A stretch of DNA of 64,000 bases, from assembly GCA_020848195.1 (NCBI GenBank), contig JADLAP010000081.1, positions 8,822-72,821 on the forward strand, in the 5' to 3' direction. The position numbers and the translations under genes are program-made. The notes under the pieces are model-generated. The model did no database searches, was not told the origin of the DNA, and saw only the letters and a program-made list of their open reading frames with translations. Positions 33,062 through 43,209 of the stretch are shown piece after piece. Within the stretch, counting starts at the first letter, position 1. Each line of letters starts with the position of its first letter. Source of the DNA: Phycisphaeraceae bacterium (GTDB lineage Bacteria > Planctomycetota > Phycisphaerae > Phycisphaerales > Phycisphaeraceae).

Positions 33062-35815
33062 TCAGGCCGATTGCCTCGTCCGCCGCAGCACCACGCGGCG
33101 GTGCAGGGTCAGCCACGCCGGCAGCACGGCCCAGCAGGCCAGCAGGGTCAGCGCGATGCCGACGGAGAGGACGAAGCCCAGGCTCTGGATGCCGCGGTGG
33201 CGCGCCAGCAGGAGGCAGGCGAAGCCGATGACGGTGGTCAGCGTGGTGACGGTGATGCCTTTGCCGGTGCCCTGGGTCAGGCCGGGCGGCACTTCGTCGG
33301 GATGCTGGCGGTAGCGGTGGATGACGTGGACGCCATTGTCGACGCCGATGCCGAACATCAGCGGCAGGACGATGATGTTGGCCGGGTTCACGTTCATGCC
33401 CGCCAGGCGCATGATGGCGAAGGTGAGGGTGAAGCCGATGGCCACGGGGACGAGGCTCAGCAGCGCGTCGTGGAGGCTGCGGAAGTCGGCGAGCACGAGC
33501 AGGGCCACGAGGGCGAACGCCCAGACGCCGGCCTGGATGTAGGCGTCGCGGATCAGCGCGCCGGAGCGGTAAATCTGCGTGATGGCGCCGGTGATGTCGG
33601 GGTCGATCATTTCCAGTTGCGTGACGAACGCGGGCAGGAAGCCGGGATCGAGCGGGCTGACTCCGGCCGGCGGGTTGGGGTGGACTTCCAGCACATACCG
33701 GCCTTTGTCGTCGCGGACGCTGGAGACCAGTTCCGCGGGCAGATCGTCCGGCGTCAGCGGCGCGTCGTCGAGCGCGGCGCTGATCTGTGCCGCGATGTTC
33801 ATGCGGAACGCGGCGTACTGCGTTTCGATCCTCCGCGCGCGACGCTGTTGCTCAGCGGCGTCGAGCGGCCCCACCGCCGCGGCGGCGCGGTCCAGCGCCT
33901 GGCCGGCCGGCTGCAGCGCCTGAAGGATTTCATCCGGCATCTTCGTGAACATCGCGGCGCGCAGCGCCAGACGCAGCGCGCCAAGCTGTTGCAGCAGATC
34001 CGGCGGCGCGGCCTGTGTCGTTGGGGAAGGATCCAAGGCTTCGTCGAGGGCAGGCGAAAGCTGTTGCCGCGCGGCGCGCAGCAGGTCCAGCTTCTCCGGC
34101 TCGTCCGCGGGCATCAGCAGTCCCGCGCCGCCCAGCCGCGTCGCCACCGTCGGCAACTGACGCAGCGACGCCGCCCGGCGACGCGCTTCGTCCAGACTGT
34201 CCGCCATGCTCACCGCGTAGTAGATGGATTCGCCCCCGTCGTGCATGATCCGCTGCGACCAGATCACGCCGGGCGAATTGACCGGCTGCAGCTTCAGCAG
34301 GTCGTAGTCGAAGTGCATGTGCCTCGCCGTCAGCCACGCCGACGCGATCGTCAGACCCGCCGCCACCACCAACGTCAGCCGCGGCCAGCGTACGAACGGC
34401 ATCAGCCAGCGAGGCTCGAACACGTGAAACGCCCGGTCGTCCATCCGCACCACGTCCCCGTGGCCCGGCTTCATCAGCCGCAGCAGCGCGGGAAACACCG
34501 TGAACTGCGACACCAGGCAGAGCATGATCCCCACTGCCGCGATGTAGCCCATCTCCGCCACGCCGGTGAAGTCCGTGAACCATGTCGTGACGAACGCGGC
34601 CGAGGTGGTGACGGCCCCGGTGAAAATGCCCGGCCCGATGACCACGAACGTTTCCTTCATCGCGGCGATGAAACCTTCCGTCGTGTCGTCGTGCGTGTGA
34701 CGGATCACCTCGAACGCGCAGACCAGATGGATGCCGTACGCGATGCCAAGCCCCAGCAGCATGACGGTGAACACGACGCTGATGACCTGGAGATGCCCGA
34801 TGGCCAGCGTGAGGAAGCCGAACGACCACGCCACGCCGACGAGCAGCGAACCCATGGCCATCAGCGGCCCGCGCACACTGTGAAACGAAACGAACATCAG
34901 CACGGTGATCAGCACCACGGCGAGGATGGAGGCCCATGTGGAATCCACGGTGGCGGCCCGGGTTTCGTCGGCTTCCACCACGTCGATGCCGGTCAAGCCC
35001 ACCTCGAAGCCCGGATGACGCGGCATCGTTTCGGCCATCACCTTGCGGATCGCCTCCACCGAAGCCTGCACGGCGTTGATCTTGTTCGCCGTTTCCGTGG
35101 GGTGAATGCGGATGAAATACAGCCGACCGTTGGCGCTCTGGAGATATTGCCACGGGTCCACGGTCCCGGCGGTGAGCTTCGCGCCGAAGTCGAACGGCTG
35201 ATCGGCGGGCGTTTCCAGCCCCGTCGCGGCGGCGTCCAGCAGCGTCGCCAGCGAGGCGACGCCTTCGACGATCCGCTTCGGCGGCATTTTACTCTCGCTT
35301 GCGCTCGCATCGCGGCGCATCATGGCGGGAAGCGTGGCCAGCAGGTCGCCCAGCGTCTCGCTGGCCAGCATCGTCTTCGCCGAGGTCATCTGTTCCAGCC
35401 GGCGATGCATTTCCTCCATCGGCGAAAGACGCAGCAGACGAGGACTGAGCGCTCGCGTACTGAAGCCCCAGACCACATGCTTGAGCGACGGCTCCTGAAT
35501 CAGGCGATGGCCCATCTCGAGCACGAGGCTTTCCGCGTCGCGTCGCCGGGTGTCGTCCGCCTTCTCCCCCACATCGACCACGACCACCAGGTCCTTCGCG
35601 CCGGGAAACGACCGCATCCACTCCTTGAACCGCTGGTTCCAGACCAGGTCCTTGCTGATCAGCGCGTTGCGGTCGCTTTCAAATTTCAGCTTCGTCGCCG
35701 TCACCGCCACCGACGCCGCCGCCAGCAGCAGCGCGAGCGCCAGCACCGTCGCCGGATGCCGGCTGACCAGTTCGCCAAACCACCGCAGCAGCAGGAAACG
35801 CAATCGCTCGTGCAT
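33062..35815 (-). CDS. RND-superfamily / MMPL-type exporter (HpnN-like architecture)
   Basis: Track ORF 33062..35929 trimmed to the ATG at 35815. Two blocks of about 6 TM segments, each preceded by a large soluble loop. Confidence 0.8.
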   Translation of the reverse strand: MHERLRFLLLRWFGELVSRHPATVLALALLLAAASVAVTATKLKFESDRNALISKDLVWNQRFKEWMRSFPGAKDLVVVVDVGEKADDTRRRDAESLVLEMGHRLIQEPSLKHVVWGFSTRALSPRLLRLSPMEEMHRRLEQMTSAKTMLASETLGDLLATLPAMMRRDASASESKMPPKRIVEGVASLATLLDAAATGLETPADQPFDFGAKLTAGTVDPWQYLQSANGRLYFIRIHPTETANKINAVQASVEAIRKVMAETMPRHPGFEVGLTGIDVVEADETRAATVDSTWASILAVVLITVLMFVSFHSVRGPLMAMGSLLVGVAWSFGFLTLAIGHLQVISVVFTVMLLGLGIAYGIHLVCAFEVIRHTHDDTTEGFIAAMKETFVVIGPGIFTGAVTTSAAFVTTWFTDFTGVAEMGYIAAVGIMLCLVSQFTVFPALLRLMKPGHGDVVRMDDRAFHVFEPRWLMPFVRWPRLTLVVAAGLTIASAWLTARHMHFDYDLLKLQPVNSPGVIWSQRIMHDGGESIYYAVSMADSLDEARRRAASLRQLPTVATRLGGAGLLMPADEPEKLDLLRAARQQLSPALDEALDPSPTTQAAPPDLLQQLGALRLALRAAMFTKMPDEILQALQPAGQALDRAAAAVGPLDAAEQQRRARRIETQYAAFRMNIAAQISAALDDAPLTPDDLPAELVSSVRDDKGRYVLEVHPNPPAGVSPLDPGFLPAFVTQLEMIDPDITGAITQIYRSGALIRDAYIQAGVWAFALVALLVLADFRSLHDALLSLVPVAIGFTLTFAIMRLAGMNVNPANIIVLPLMFGIGVDNGVHVIHRYRQHPDEVPPGLTQGTGKGITVTTLTTVIGFACLLLARHRGIQSLGFVLSVGIALTLLACWAVLPAWLTLHRRVVLRRTRQSA
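33077..33121. repeat. right copy of 45-nt direct repeat (functional 3' end of the RND gene)
   Basis: Encodes ...AWLTLHRRVVLRRTRQSA*, with the stop at 33062-33064. Confidence 0.75.
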
Positions 35816-35937
35816 GGGGAAGAGGATGGTACGGAGGCGGGAGGCGACGTGCAATGCGCGGACTGCGTCGAAGACGACGCAGCTATGAAAAGCTGCAAAA
35901 AAACCAACATCGCCAGCGCAACGGTACACTGTCCGCC

Positions 35938-37377
35938 ATGTCCAACTCCAACCTTACAGCCAAGCCCTGGGAACACGCGAAAACCTCCGGCAGCGAGGCC
36001 GATCCGCTGGCGATCCGCTTTGTCGAGTCGCTCAGCTACGACCGCCGGCTCTACCGCCACGACATTCGCGGCTCCATCGCCCATGCCCGCATGCTCAAGC
36101 AGGTGGGCCTGATCGCCAAAGCCGACCTCAACGCCATCGAGCACGGCCTGGCGGAAATCATGGGTGAAATCGACCAGCAGGGCGACGCGTGGACCGGCTG
36201 GAAGATCGAACTGGAAGACGTGCATATGTGTCTGGAAGCGGCGCTGATCGCCAAGATCGGCGATCCCGGCCGCAAACTGCACACCGGACGAAGCCGCAAC
36301 GATCAGGTGGCGCTGGACCTCAAGCTCTGGATCGCCGACGCCGCGGAGCAGTTGCGCGGCAAGTTCAAGGCCCTGTTCCTCGCCTTGATCGCACTGGCCA
36401 AGCGCGACGGCAATATCGTCATGCCGTCGTACACGCACCTGCAGCGGGCGCAGCCGATCGTCGCCGGGGCGGAAATCATGGCGTGGCTGACCGCCTTCGA
36501 CCGCGCGCGACATCGCCTCGACGCCCTGCTCCACATCAACCGCAACAATCCGCTGGGCAGCGGCGCCATCGCCGGCTCCGCCCTGCCGCTGGACCGCGAC
36601 GTCACCGCGTTCACCCTCGACCTCGGCGAGCCGTCGCCCAGCAGCATCGACGCCACCGCCAGCCGCGACGTCGCCATCGACCTCGCCTACGCCCTGTCCA
36701 TGACCGCCATGTGGCTTTCCCGCTGGGCCGAGCAGTGGATCATCTATCTTTCCAGCGAATTCGGTTTCCTGACCATCGGCGAGGCGTACACCACCGGCTC
36801 GTCGATGATGCCGCAGAAGCGCAACCCCGACATGCTGGAGCTGATCCGCGGCCGATGCGGCAACGCCTACGGCCACCTCGTCGGCCTGCTGACCATGTGC
36901 AAGGGCATCACCATCGGCTACAACCGCGATCTGCAGGAAGACAAGCGCCAGCTCTTCGCGGCGTATGACATGGTTTGCGATTCACTGGACATGGCGGCCC
37001 GCATTGTCGCCACCGCGAAGTTCCAGGAGGACCGCATTGCCTCCACGCTGGACAGGGGCCATCTCGACGCCACCGCGCTGGCGGAATATCTCGTCACCCG
37101 CGGCGTGCCCTTCCGCACCGCCCACCAGATCGTCGGCAAACTCGTGCGTCAGGCCGGCGACAAGCCGCTGAGCTCGCTGGACCTCCAGGCGTTCCAGACC
37201 GCCTGTCAGGAAGCGGGTCAGCCTGCCGCGTGCGACCAGACGGTCTACGATTGGCTGAGCGCAAGCAACGTCGTGCGACGCTACCAGTCCCGCGGCAACG
37301 CCGGCGTGACCGGTTTCCAGGAACAGTTGGCGGCATGGGAACAGCGGTTCGCGGCAGCGCCGCAGGCGCGCCCATGA
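35938..37377 (+). CDS. argH: argininosuccinate lyase
   Basis: Track ORF 35854..37377 trimmed to the ATG at 35938. HTGRSRNDQVALDLKLW, MPSYTHLQRAQP, GSSMMPQKRNPDMLELIRG. Confidence 0.95.
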   Translation: MSNSNLTAKPWEHAKTSGSEADPLAIRFVESLSYDRRLYRHDIRGSIAHARMLKQVGLIAKADLNAIEHGLAEIMGEIDQQGDAWTGWKIELEDVHMCLEAALIAKIGDPGRKLHTGRSRNDQVALDLKLWIADAAEQLRGKFKALFLALIALAKRDGNIVMPSYTHLQRAQPIVAGAEIMAWLTAFDRARHRLDALLHINRNNPLGSGAIAGSALPLDRDVTAFTLDLGEPSPSSIDATASRDVAIDLAYALSMTAMWLSRWAEQWIIYLSSEFGFLTIGEAYTTGSSMMPQKRNPDMLELIRGRCGNAYGHLVGLLTMCKGITIGYNRDLQEDKRQLFAAYDMVCDSLDMAARIVATAKFQEDRIASTLDRGHLDATALAEYLVTRGVPFRTAHQIVGKLVRQAGDKPLSSLDLQAFQTACQEAGQPAACDQTVYDWLSASNVVRRYQSRGNAGVTGFQEQLAAWEQRFAAAPQARP

Positions 37378-37414
37378 TGAACCGGCGACATGCGAAAGAT
37401 AAGGACCTGCCATC

Positions 37415-39100
37415 GTGCTGATCCTGACCGTCATTCAGGGACCGGACAAGGGCCGGCGGTTCGAGCTGCCCGACGATGAACCGCAACTGGTCGGTCGCTC
37501 CAGCGAAGCGCTGCCGCTGCAGGACCAGACCATCTCCCGCCGCCACGCGGAGCTGACACCGGACAGCGGCAAATGGGTGCTCAACGACCTCAAAAGCGCC
37601 AACGGCACATTCGTCAACGGCCACCGCGTGACCCGGCCCCGCCTGCTGCAGCCGGGCGACCAGATCCGCTGCGGCCAGACCCTGTTCGTCTTCGGCCGCG
37701 ACCTGCGACCCGCCCGGCGCGACGCCCTTCGCGTTTCCCCACGCGAGGAACTGGAAGTCAGCGTCGAATCCACCGCCATCAGCAATGACGAATCCGTCAT
37801 CATGGCGGTGCCCGAACCGACCGAGGGCGCCGTCCTCCAGCTCAAGGTCGTCTACGAACTGACGCAGCTCATCGGCTCCACCGCCGAACGCGAACGTCTG
37901 CTCGAAGGCGTCATGGACCTGATCTTCGACTACTTCCAGGCCGATCGCGGCTTTATCCTTCTGCAGGATGATCCCGACGGAAAGTACGAACCCGTCGTCC
38001 TGCGCCACCGCAACCGGCAGAAAGATTCCAAGACCCATCCCATTCACGTCAGCCGCACCATCGTGCAGCACGTCATCCGCAAGGGCGAGGGCGTGCTGTC
38101 GAGCAACGCGATGACCGATCAGCGGTTCCGCGACGGCGACAGCGTGCTGGGCCTGGGCATCCACTCGGCGATGTGCGTGCCGATCAAGTTCAAGGACCGC
38201 ATCTTCGGCGTCATCCACATCGACAGCCAGATCGCCAACTACACCTTCACCGACGACCAGCTTCGCCTGCTGATCGCCATCGGCGTACATACGGGCCTGG
38301 CGCTGGCCAACGCGGAGCTGTACGCCGACCGGCTGAACCAGGAACGCCTGGCGGCCGTGGGCCAGACCGTGGCGTCGCTGTCGCACTCGATCAAGAACAT
38401 CCTCCAGGGCATGCGCGGCGGGGCGGATGTCGTCGAACTGGGCTTCAAGAAAAACAACATGAAAGTCGTGCAGGGCGGCTGGCAGATCGTCTCCCGCAAC
38501 CTCGAGCGCATCTACGAACTGACGATGAACATGCTCGCCTACTCCAAGCAGCGCCAGCCGGAGCTGGAGATGACCAATCTGCAGCCGCTGCTGGAGGACG
38601 TGGTGAGCCTGATGCAGTCGCAGTTCGACGGGAAGAAAGTGGCGCTGATCACGGACTTCACCAGCGACATGCCGCCGGCCCCGATCGACATGGGCGGCAT
38701 GCACCAGGCGCTGCTCAACCTGATGGGCAACGCGCTGGACGCGGTGGAACCGGAAAAGGGCGCGGTGACGCTGTCGTGCGACTACGATGACCGCACGCAG
38801 CAGGTGCTGGTGAGCGTGACGGACAACGGCACGGGCATCGAAGCCGATCGCGTCAAACGCCTGTTTCAACCCTTCAATTCGACCAAGGGCCTCAAGGGCA
38901 CGGGCTTGGGCCTGGTGGTGACGAAGAAGATCGTGGAAGAGCACGGCGGAGCGATCGGCGTGGAAAGCGCGCCGGGCAAGGGCACGACATTCACCATCCG
39001 CCTGCCCTGCTCGGTGGAGTCGATTCCATCGCTGGCGGACACGCAAGGCCCGGCGGGAGGGCACGACAGCACGCCGCGAAGCGAAGGTGAAACGAGCTGA
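37415..39100 (+). CDS. FHA-GAF-histidine kinase
   Basis: GTG start. FHA domain: GRSSEALPLQDQTISRRHAEL...NDLKSANGTFVNG. A GAF-like middle region. H-box SLSHSIKNIL. N/G boxes NLMGNALDAV, DNGTGI, GTGLGLVVTKKIVEEHGG. Confidence 0.85.
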   Translation: MLILTVIQGPDKGRRFELPDDEPQLVGRSSEALPLQDQTISRRHAELTPDSGKWVLNDLKSANGTFVNGHRVTRPRLLQPGDQIRCGQTLFVFGRDLRPARRDALRVSPREELEVSVESTAISNDESVIMAVPEPTEGAVLQLKVVYELTQLIGSTAERERLLEGVMDLIFDYFQADRGFILLQDDPDGKYEPVVLRHRNRQKDSKTHPIHVSRTIVQHVIRKGEGVLSSNAMTDQRFRDGDSVLGLGIHSAMCVPIKFKDRIFGVIHIDSQIANYTFTDDQLRLLIAIGVHTGLALANAELYADRLNQERLAAVGQTVASLSHSIKNILQGMRGGADVVELGFKKNNMKVVQGGWQIVSRNLERIYELTMNMLAYSKQRQPELEMTNLQPLLEDVVSLMQSQFDGKKVALITDFTSDMPPAPIDMGGMHQALLNLMGNALDAVEPEKGAVTLSCDYDDRTQQVLVSVTDNGTGIEADRVKRLFQPFNSTKGLKGTGLGLVVTKKIVEEHGGAIGVESAPGKGTTFTIRLPCSVESIPSLADTQGPAGGHDSTPRSEGETS

Positions 39101-39109
39101 TTGTCCCGG

Positions 39110-41998
39110 CTACTGCCCGCTTGCCGCCGACGCGGCATAGATCCAGCCCAGCGTCTCAACCATGTCGAGGCTGACGTCGTCCGGATGCGCGAGGATGGCG
39201 TCGCGGCAGTCGCGCATGCCCTGGAGATACGCGGGATTTCCCGTTTGAAGCCAGGCATAGCCGCACATGCCGCCGATGTTGGTCGTCCATCGCGCGGTGG
39301 CGGGTCTTCCCATGTTGAGGTTGTTTTCCGGATTGGGGCTGTAGACGAACATGCCGGGCTGAGGAGAACATTCCGCCAGCAGGCCGTCGACGAGGAGGCA
39401 GAGCAGGCGCAGGGCTTCGGGATTGCCCGTGGCGCGGTGGCAACGGATCAGGCCGTGACCGAGGTAGGCGGTCATGAAGGGCACCGCGCCCTGGTAGTTC
39501 CACACGCCGTGGCGGTCTTCGAAGATGCCTCGCCGGGGTTCGATGAAGGCGCGGGCGGCCTGGAGCAGTTCCCTGGATTTGGCGAGAAAACGTGGATCGT
39601 CGGTTTCGTCATACCACCGGCTGACCTGCGACAGGGGCCAGCCGACGGCACGGGCCGAGCGGGCGAAGCTGTAGCATTGGAGGACATGTTCCGACAAGCC
39701 CCTGGCCGCTTCGAGGCTGTCGGGGTCGCCGGTGAGCAGGTAATGTTCGAGTTGATCGTCGGTGTTCAGTCCGATGTTGCCCGTAGCCACGCCGCTGGTA
39801 TGGTCCGCGCTGTACTGGTGAATGGAGCCGACCCAGTCGGGATGTTCGGGGCAGTAACGGATCAGATCGACGTCGGCGTTGTGCCTGCAGGCGGCGTCGA
39901 AGTAGCGCAGCCAGCGTGGATCGCCGGTGATGAGGTGGCGCAGCAGTCCCGCGTGAGCCCGGCCGCGGTAGCCGTTCATCCATGCGGTATCCCAGTATTC
40001 GCGGTGACCGAGCCGTGGGATGTCGATGCCGCTGGCGGCCAGATGGGGCGCCAGCGTGTCGTCGACGCCGGCGGGCAGTTGCGCGGGGCCGGTCTCCAGC
40101 GCGCCGCAGTCCAGGAACCACGTCCGATCGCACAGCCGCGGCGCGTCCTGCACGCAGGCGTTGAACGCATCGGCCTGTCCGGCGGATATGGCCTGATGTT
40201 CAAACCACAACGCGAACGTCTGACGTTTGCTTTCGCCCCGGCCCAGACGCACAAACGGGACATCATGCCGCCACGTCATCGCTTCGAGCGCCTCGGGCAA
40301 CGTGCATAACGCCAGCTTGTCCGAGCGAATCCAGATGCCCTTGGGATATTCCTCGGCAAACCAGCGCATCGAGGCCACCAGTGAAACCTCGTTTCCGCTC
40401 AGCCGGACATATCCCGGCGCGCGGGAAGCCATGCCCACGGGCAAAGTGGCGTGATACGTCATGGCGAGATCAGCCTGCTCCTGCCGGCAGAGCAGATCGA
40501 TGTTGTCGACCACCCTCATCGCGCGAGGATCGGCCTTCATCGGCTTGCCACCGCCGGCCCGCGACCAACTTTCCTTCGCCCACTGCTCGTCGGTGATCGG
40601 CTCAAAGGCGCCGAAATCCGCCGTCGCTCCAGGCTGCTTCGGCATCTCCATCTGCGCGGACCAGTCCAGCAGCATGGCCATGGACTGGTCGCTTTCATTG
40701 ACCACGCGCCAGTCGACCAGCACATACGGCAGACCGGCCCAGACCTGCACCCGCGCCTGCCACGGCCCCAAGCGTGTTCCTTCCTTCGACCGCATTTCGC
40801 CGTCCAACCGCAGCACCACGCGCACGGCATCCTCGCGTTCCACGGTAATCGTGCGGCGATCGCCGACGAACGCTTCCAGCCAGCCGACGCGGTTGAGCTT
40901 CATGGACAACCGGCAAGGCCCCGCCATGCGCAGGCCGTCGCGCGTGATCTGCTCAAACAGGCCTTCGCCCTGCTCGTTGCCCAGGCGGATGGACAGCGTG
41001 CCGTTCTCGATGGTCAGGCCCTGTTCGCCGCGCTCAACGCGCACCGGCGACGCCGGCGCGACGCCGGGTTGACCGAGTCGCAGGCGATACGATCCCGGGC
41101 CTGACGCGACAAACTCGCACAGCAGCCAGCGCACGCTGCCGTCGGGCCAATGGCTGGTTTCGGTGATCACCACGGGGACCGCTTCGCCGTCTGCACGTTC
41201 GAGCCTGATTTTCGTTCCCGCGGGACAGCAACCTTCCGGCATCGGCACGCCGCAACGGACGGGATAGCCCGCCGCCGGCAGATCGCCCGGCGTCCACAGA
41301 TTCAGCGTCACCGCCTCCGGCTGCTTCGTCTGTGTCGTCGCGGCGTTGGGAGCCTGCCACGTCCGTGGGGATGGACGATACGGCTGATCCGACAGGCTCA
41401 GCGCCACATCGCCGAAGAACGCGTTGGTCTGGAAATGCGACGCAATCCGCGCCGGGTCCTGCGTGCTCCATGAGTAGGGCCAGAACATGTCGTCGGGCAG
41501 CCGGGTCGTGCTGGCCACGCGGTCGATCATGCGGAACTCCAGGTCCAGTTCCTTGCGTCCTCGCGGCTCAAGCGTCAGCACGACACAGCCGTCGCGGAAC
41601 GCCGGTTCGGCCTGCTCATCCACCGTGGCCGGCTGCACAGGCTCCAACCACTCATCCGTGGCGACGTCCTGTTCCCATACCACCTGGCCATCGACGAGCA
41701 ACTGTTTGAAGCGATGTCCGTTGAACGCCTGCACGCCGAGCCAGTCGTGTTCGTCGCGGTGCGAGCCGTGGTAGTTGTCGGACTGATAGAAGGAAAGATA
41801 GACGCGCTGGGCTTTGGCCAGATCGGGCGGCAGGCTCACGTGGGCGCGCCATGCGCCTTGATGGCCTTCGGCGCTGGTGACCCAGGGATGGTGAATCTGC
41901 ATCAGGCCGCGGAAATCGGTCTGGCCGGTGTACGGGCCGTTTCCATTGAACAGCCACGAAGCGGCCGCCACGCACACACGAAACGTTTCGGCTGACAT
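39110..41998 (-). CDS. large CAZyme-like hypothetical protein (beta-rich N-terminal and middle regions plus a C-terminal alpha/alpha-toroid-like region)
   Basis: Track ORF 39110..42058 trimmed to the ATG at 41998. YPVRCGVPMPEG...WPDGSVRWLL is reminiscent of the N-terminal barrel of PL26/PcRGLX-like lyases (weak memory). The helical C-terminal third has LTGDP..L repeats. No obvious signal peptide. Confidence 0.65.
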   Translation of the reverse strand: MSAETFRVCVAAASWLFNGNGPYTGQTDFRGLMQIHHPWVTSAEGHQGAWRAHVSLPPDLAKAQRVYLSFYQSDNYHGSHRDEHDWLGVQAFNGHRFKQLLVDGQVVWEQDVATDEWLEPVQPATVDEQAEPAFRDGCVVLTLEPRGRKELDLEFRMIDRVASTTRLPDDMFWPYSWSTQDPARIASHFQTNAFFGDVALSLSDQPYRPSPRTWQAPNAATTQTKQPEAVTLNLWTPGDLPAAGYPVRCGVPMPEGCCPAGTKIRLERADGEAVPVVITETSHWPDGSVRWLLCEFVASGPGSYRLRLGQPGVAPASPVRVERGEQGLTIENGTLSIRLGNEQGEGLFEQITRDGLRMAGPCRLSMKLNRVGWLEAFVGDRRTITVEREDAVRVVLRLDGEMRSKEGTRLGPWQARVQVWAGLPYVLVDWRVVNESDQSMAMLLDWSAQMEMPKQPGATADFGAFEPITDEQWAKESWSRAGGGKPMKADPRAMRVVDNIDLLCRQEQADLAMTYHATLPVGMASRAPGYVRLSGNEVSLVASMRWFAEEYPKGIWIRSDKLALCTLPEALEAMTWRHDVPFVRLGRGESKRQTFALWFEHQAISAGQADAFNACVQDAPRLCDRTWFLDCGALETGPAQLPAGVDDTLAPHLAASGIDIPRLGHREYWDTAWMNGYRGRAHAGLLRHLITGDPRWLRYFDAACRHNADVDLIRYCPEHPDWVGSIHQYSADHTSGVATGNIGLNTDDQLEHYLLTGDPDSLEAARGLSEHVLQCYSFARSARAVGWPLSQVSRWYDETDDPRFLAKSRELLQAARAFIEPRRGIFEDRHGVWNYQGAVPFMTAYLGHGLIRCHRATGNPEALRLLCLLVDGLLAECSPQPGMFVYSPNPENNLNMGRPATARWTTNIGGMCGYAWLQTGNPAYLQGMRDCRDAILAHPDDVSLDMVETLGWIYAASAASGQ

Positions 41999-42033
41999 TG
42001 CAATCGTCCTTGGCCAATAAGCGGTCACGCGGA

Positions 42034-43194
42034 TCAGGACAGGTGTTGCCGGAACCACTCCAGCGCCTGCTGCTGAATCTCCGCGTCGTAACAGTGAGGT
42101 TTATCCGGGGCGTAGTTTTGAAAACGGTTGGGACAGCCGGCCCATGCGTAGGCATCGGCGATCTGCCGCGCCGCGTCGCGCTGGCCGGCGGGCGGGAACA
42201 GGATGTCCTGCGTGCCGCTGACGACCATGCACGCTTTGGGGGCCGCCATGGCGATCAGGTCGGGAATGTCCAGCCGATTCCACACACCGGGCAACAGGCA
42301 GAACGTGCCGATTGCGCCGGCGAGGTTGTACGTCTGCTGCGTGTCGCCGGTGGTCATCCAGCCGACGGGCACGGCAGCGCGGATGCGGTCGTCGAGGGCC
42401 GCCATGAGGTTGGTCCGCCACCCGCCGCCGGACAGGCCGGTGACGCCGATGCGCGAGCCATCGACCTCGGGCCGCGACAGCAGGTAATCCACGCACCGGC
42501 TGTCGTCGCCGAAGTTGACGCCGCACCACGTCGTGCCCGCCCAGTTGAGCTGGCGGACGCCGTAGTACAGGTGCTCGCCGAGATACCGCTGAAATTCATA
42601 CAGCGAAGCGAGAGGAATGTTCCAGGGATCGATCTCGTCGGGCAGGCCGAACAAACCTCGCGGCGCGCGGCGACCGAAGTGGTAGGCGTCGATGGTGATG
42701 ACGCAGAATCCCTGCGAGGCGAACCAGTCGGACAGCGCCCGGCCGGAGGTGTAGGTGTTGCGATGTTCGGCGATGACGGGATGCGTGTCGGGGCCGCAGA
42801 CGCGTTCAGCGCCGAAGAGCATCGGCCCGCCCCATTCGTGCATCACCACCAGAGCCGGCGCGGGCAGCTTCACGCCCTTGGGCACGTAGAAATAGCCCGG
42901 CACGCGGAACCACGGCGCGGTGTTGAACTCGATGCGTTCGCGGATGAACTGATCGGTTTCCCGGCGTTCCAGCACGCTGGGCCTCAGGTCCGGTTCGCCG
43001 GGATCGTAATGCAGAGCTTCGCGCAGGCACTGCTGGACGAGCTTACGCCATGGGCCGAACGTTCCGTCGGGATGCGCCAGCCGCCATTGCCGGGCGTTCA
43101 AGTCCAGCGGCCGGCCGGCGCGCAATTGGCGCATCACAGGCTCCAATGAGCCGTAGGTGTTCAGCGATTCACGACCGAGTTGCTCAGTATTCAT
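42034..43194 (-). CDS. alpha/beta hydrolase, acetyl-xylan-esterase / dienelactone-hydrolase-like
   Basis: Track ORF 42034..43203 (TTG) trimmed to the ATG at 43194. Nucleophile elbow IGVTGLSGGGW preceded by PAPALVVMHEWGG. Confidence 0.75.
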   Translation of the reverse strand: MNTEQLGRESLNTYGSLEPVMRQLRAGRPLDLNARQWRLAHPDGTFGPWRKLVQQCLREALHYDPGEPDLRPSVLERRETDQFIRERIEFNTAPWFRVPGYFYVPKGVKLPAPALVVMHEWGGPMLFGAERVCGPDTHPVIAEHRNTYTSGRALSDWFASQGFCVITIDAYHFGRRAPRGLFGLPDEIDPWNIPLASLYEFQRYLGEHLYYGVRQLNWAGTTWCGVNFGDDSRCVDYLLSRPEVDGSRIGVTGLSGGGWRTNLMAALDDRIRAAVPVGWMTTGDTQQTYNLAGAIGTFCLLPGVWNRLDIPDLIAMAAPKACMVVSGTQDILFPPAGQRDAARQIADAYAWAGCPNRFQNYAPDKPHCYDAEIQQQALEWFRQHLS

Positions 43195-43209
43195 GGCTAA
43201 CAACCGTGA

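Noticed and set aside
33071-36876. 1013-codon plus-strand ORF 33071..36112 and 391-codon minus-strand ORF 35701..36876
   Set aside because: The first is antisense to the 12-TM RND exporter, and the second is antisense to argH. Neither has recognisable motifs.
37094-39064. 656-codon minus-strand ORF
   Set aside because: It is antisense to the FHA-GAF-histidine kinase, which has all kinase boxes.
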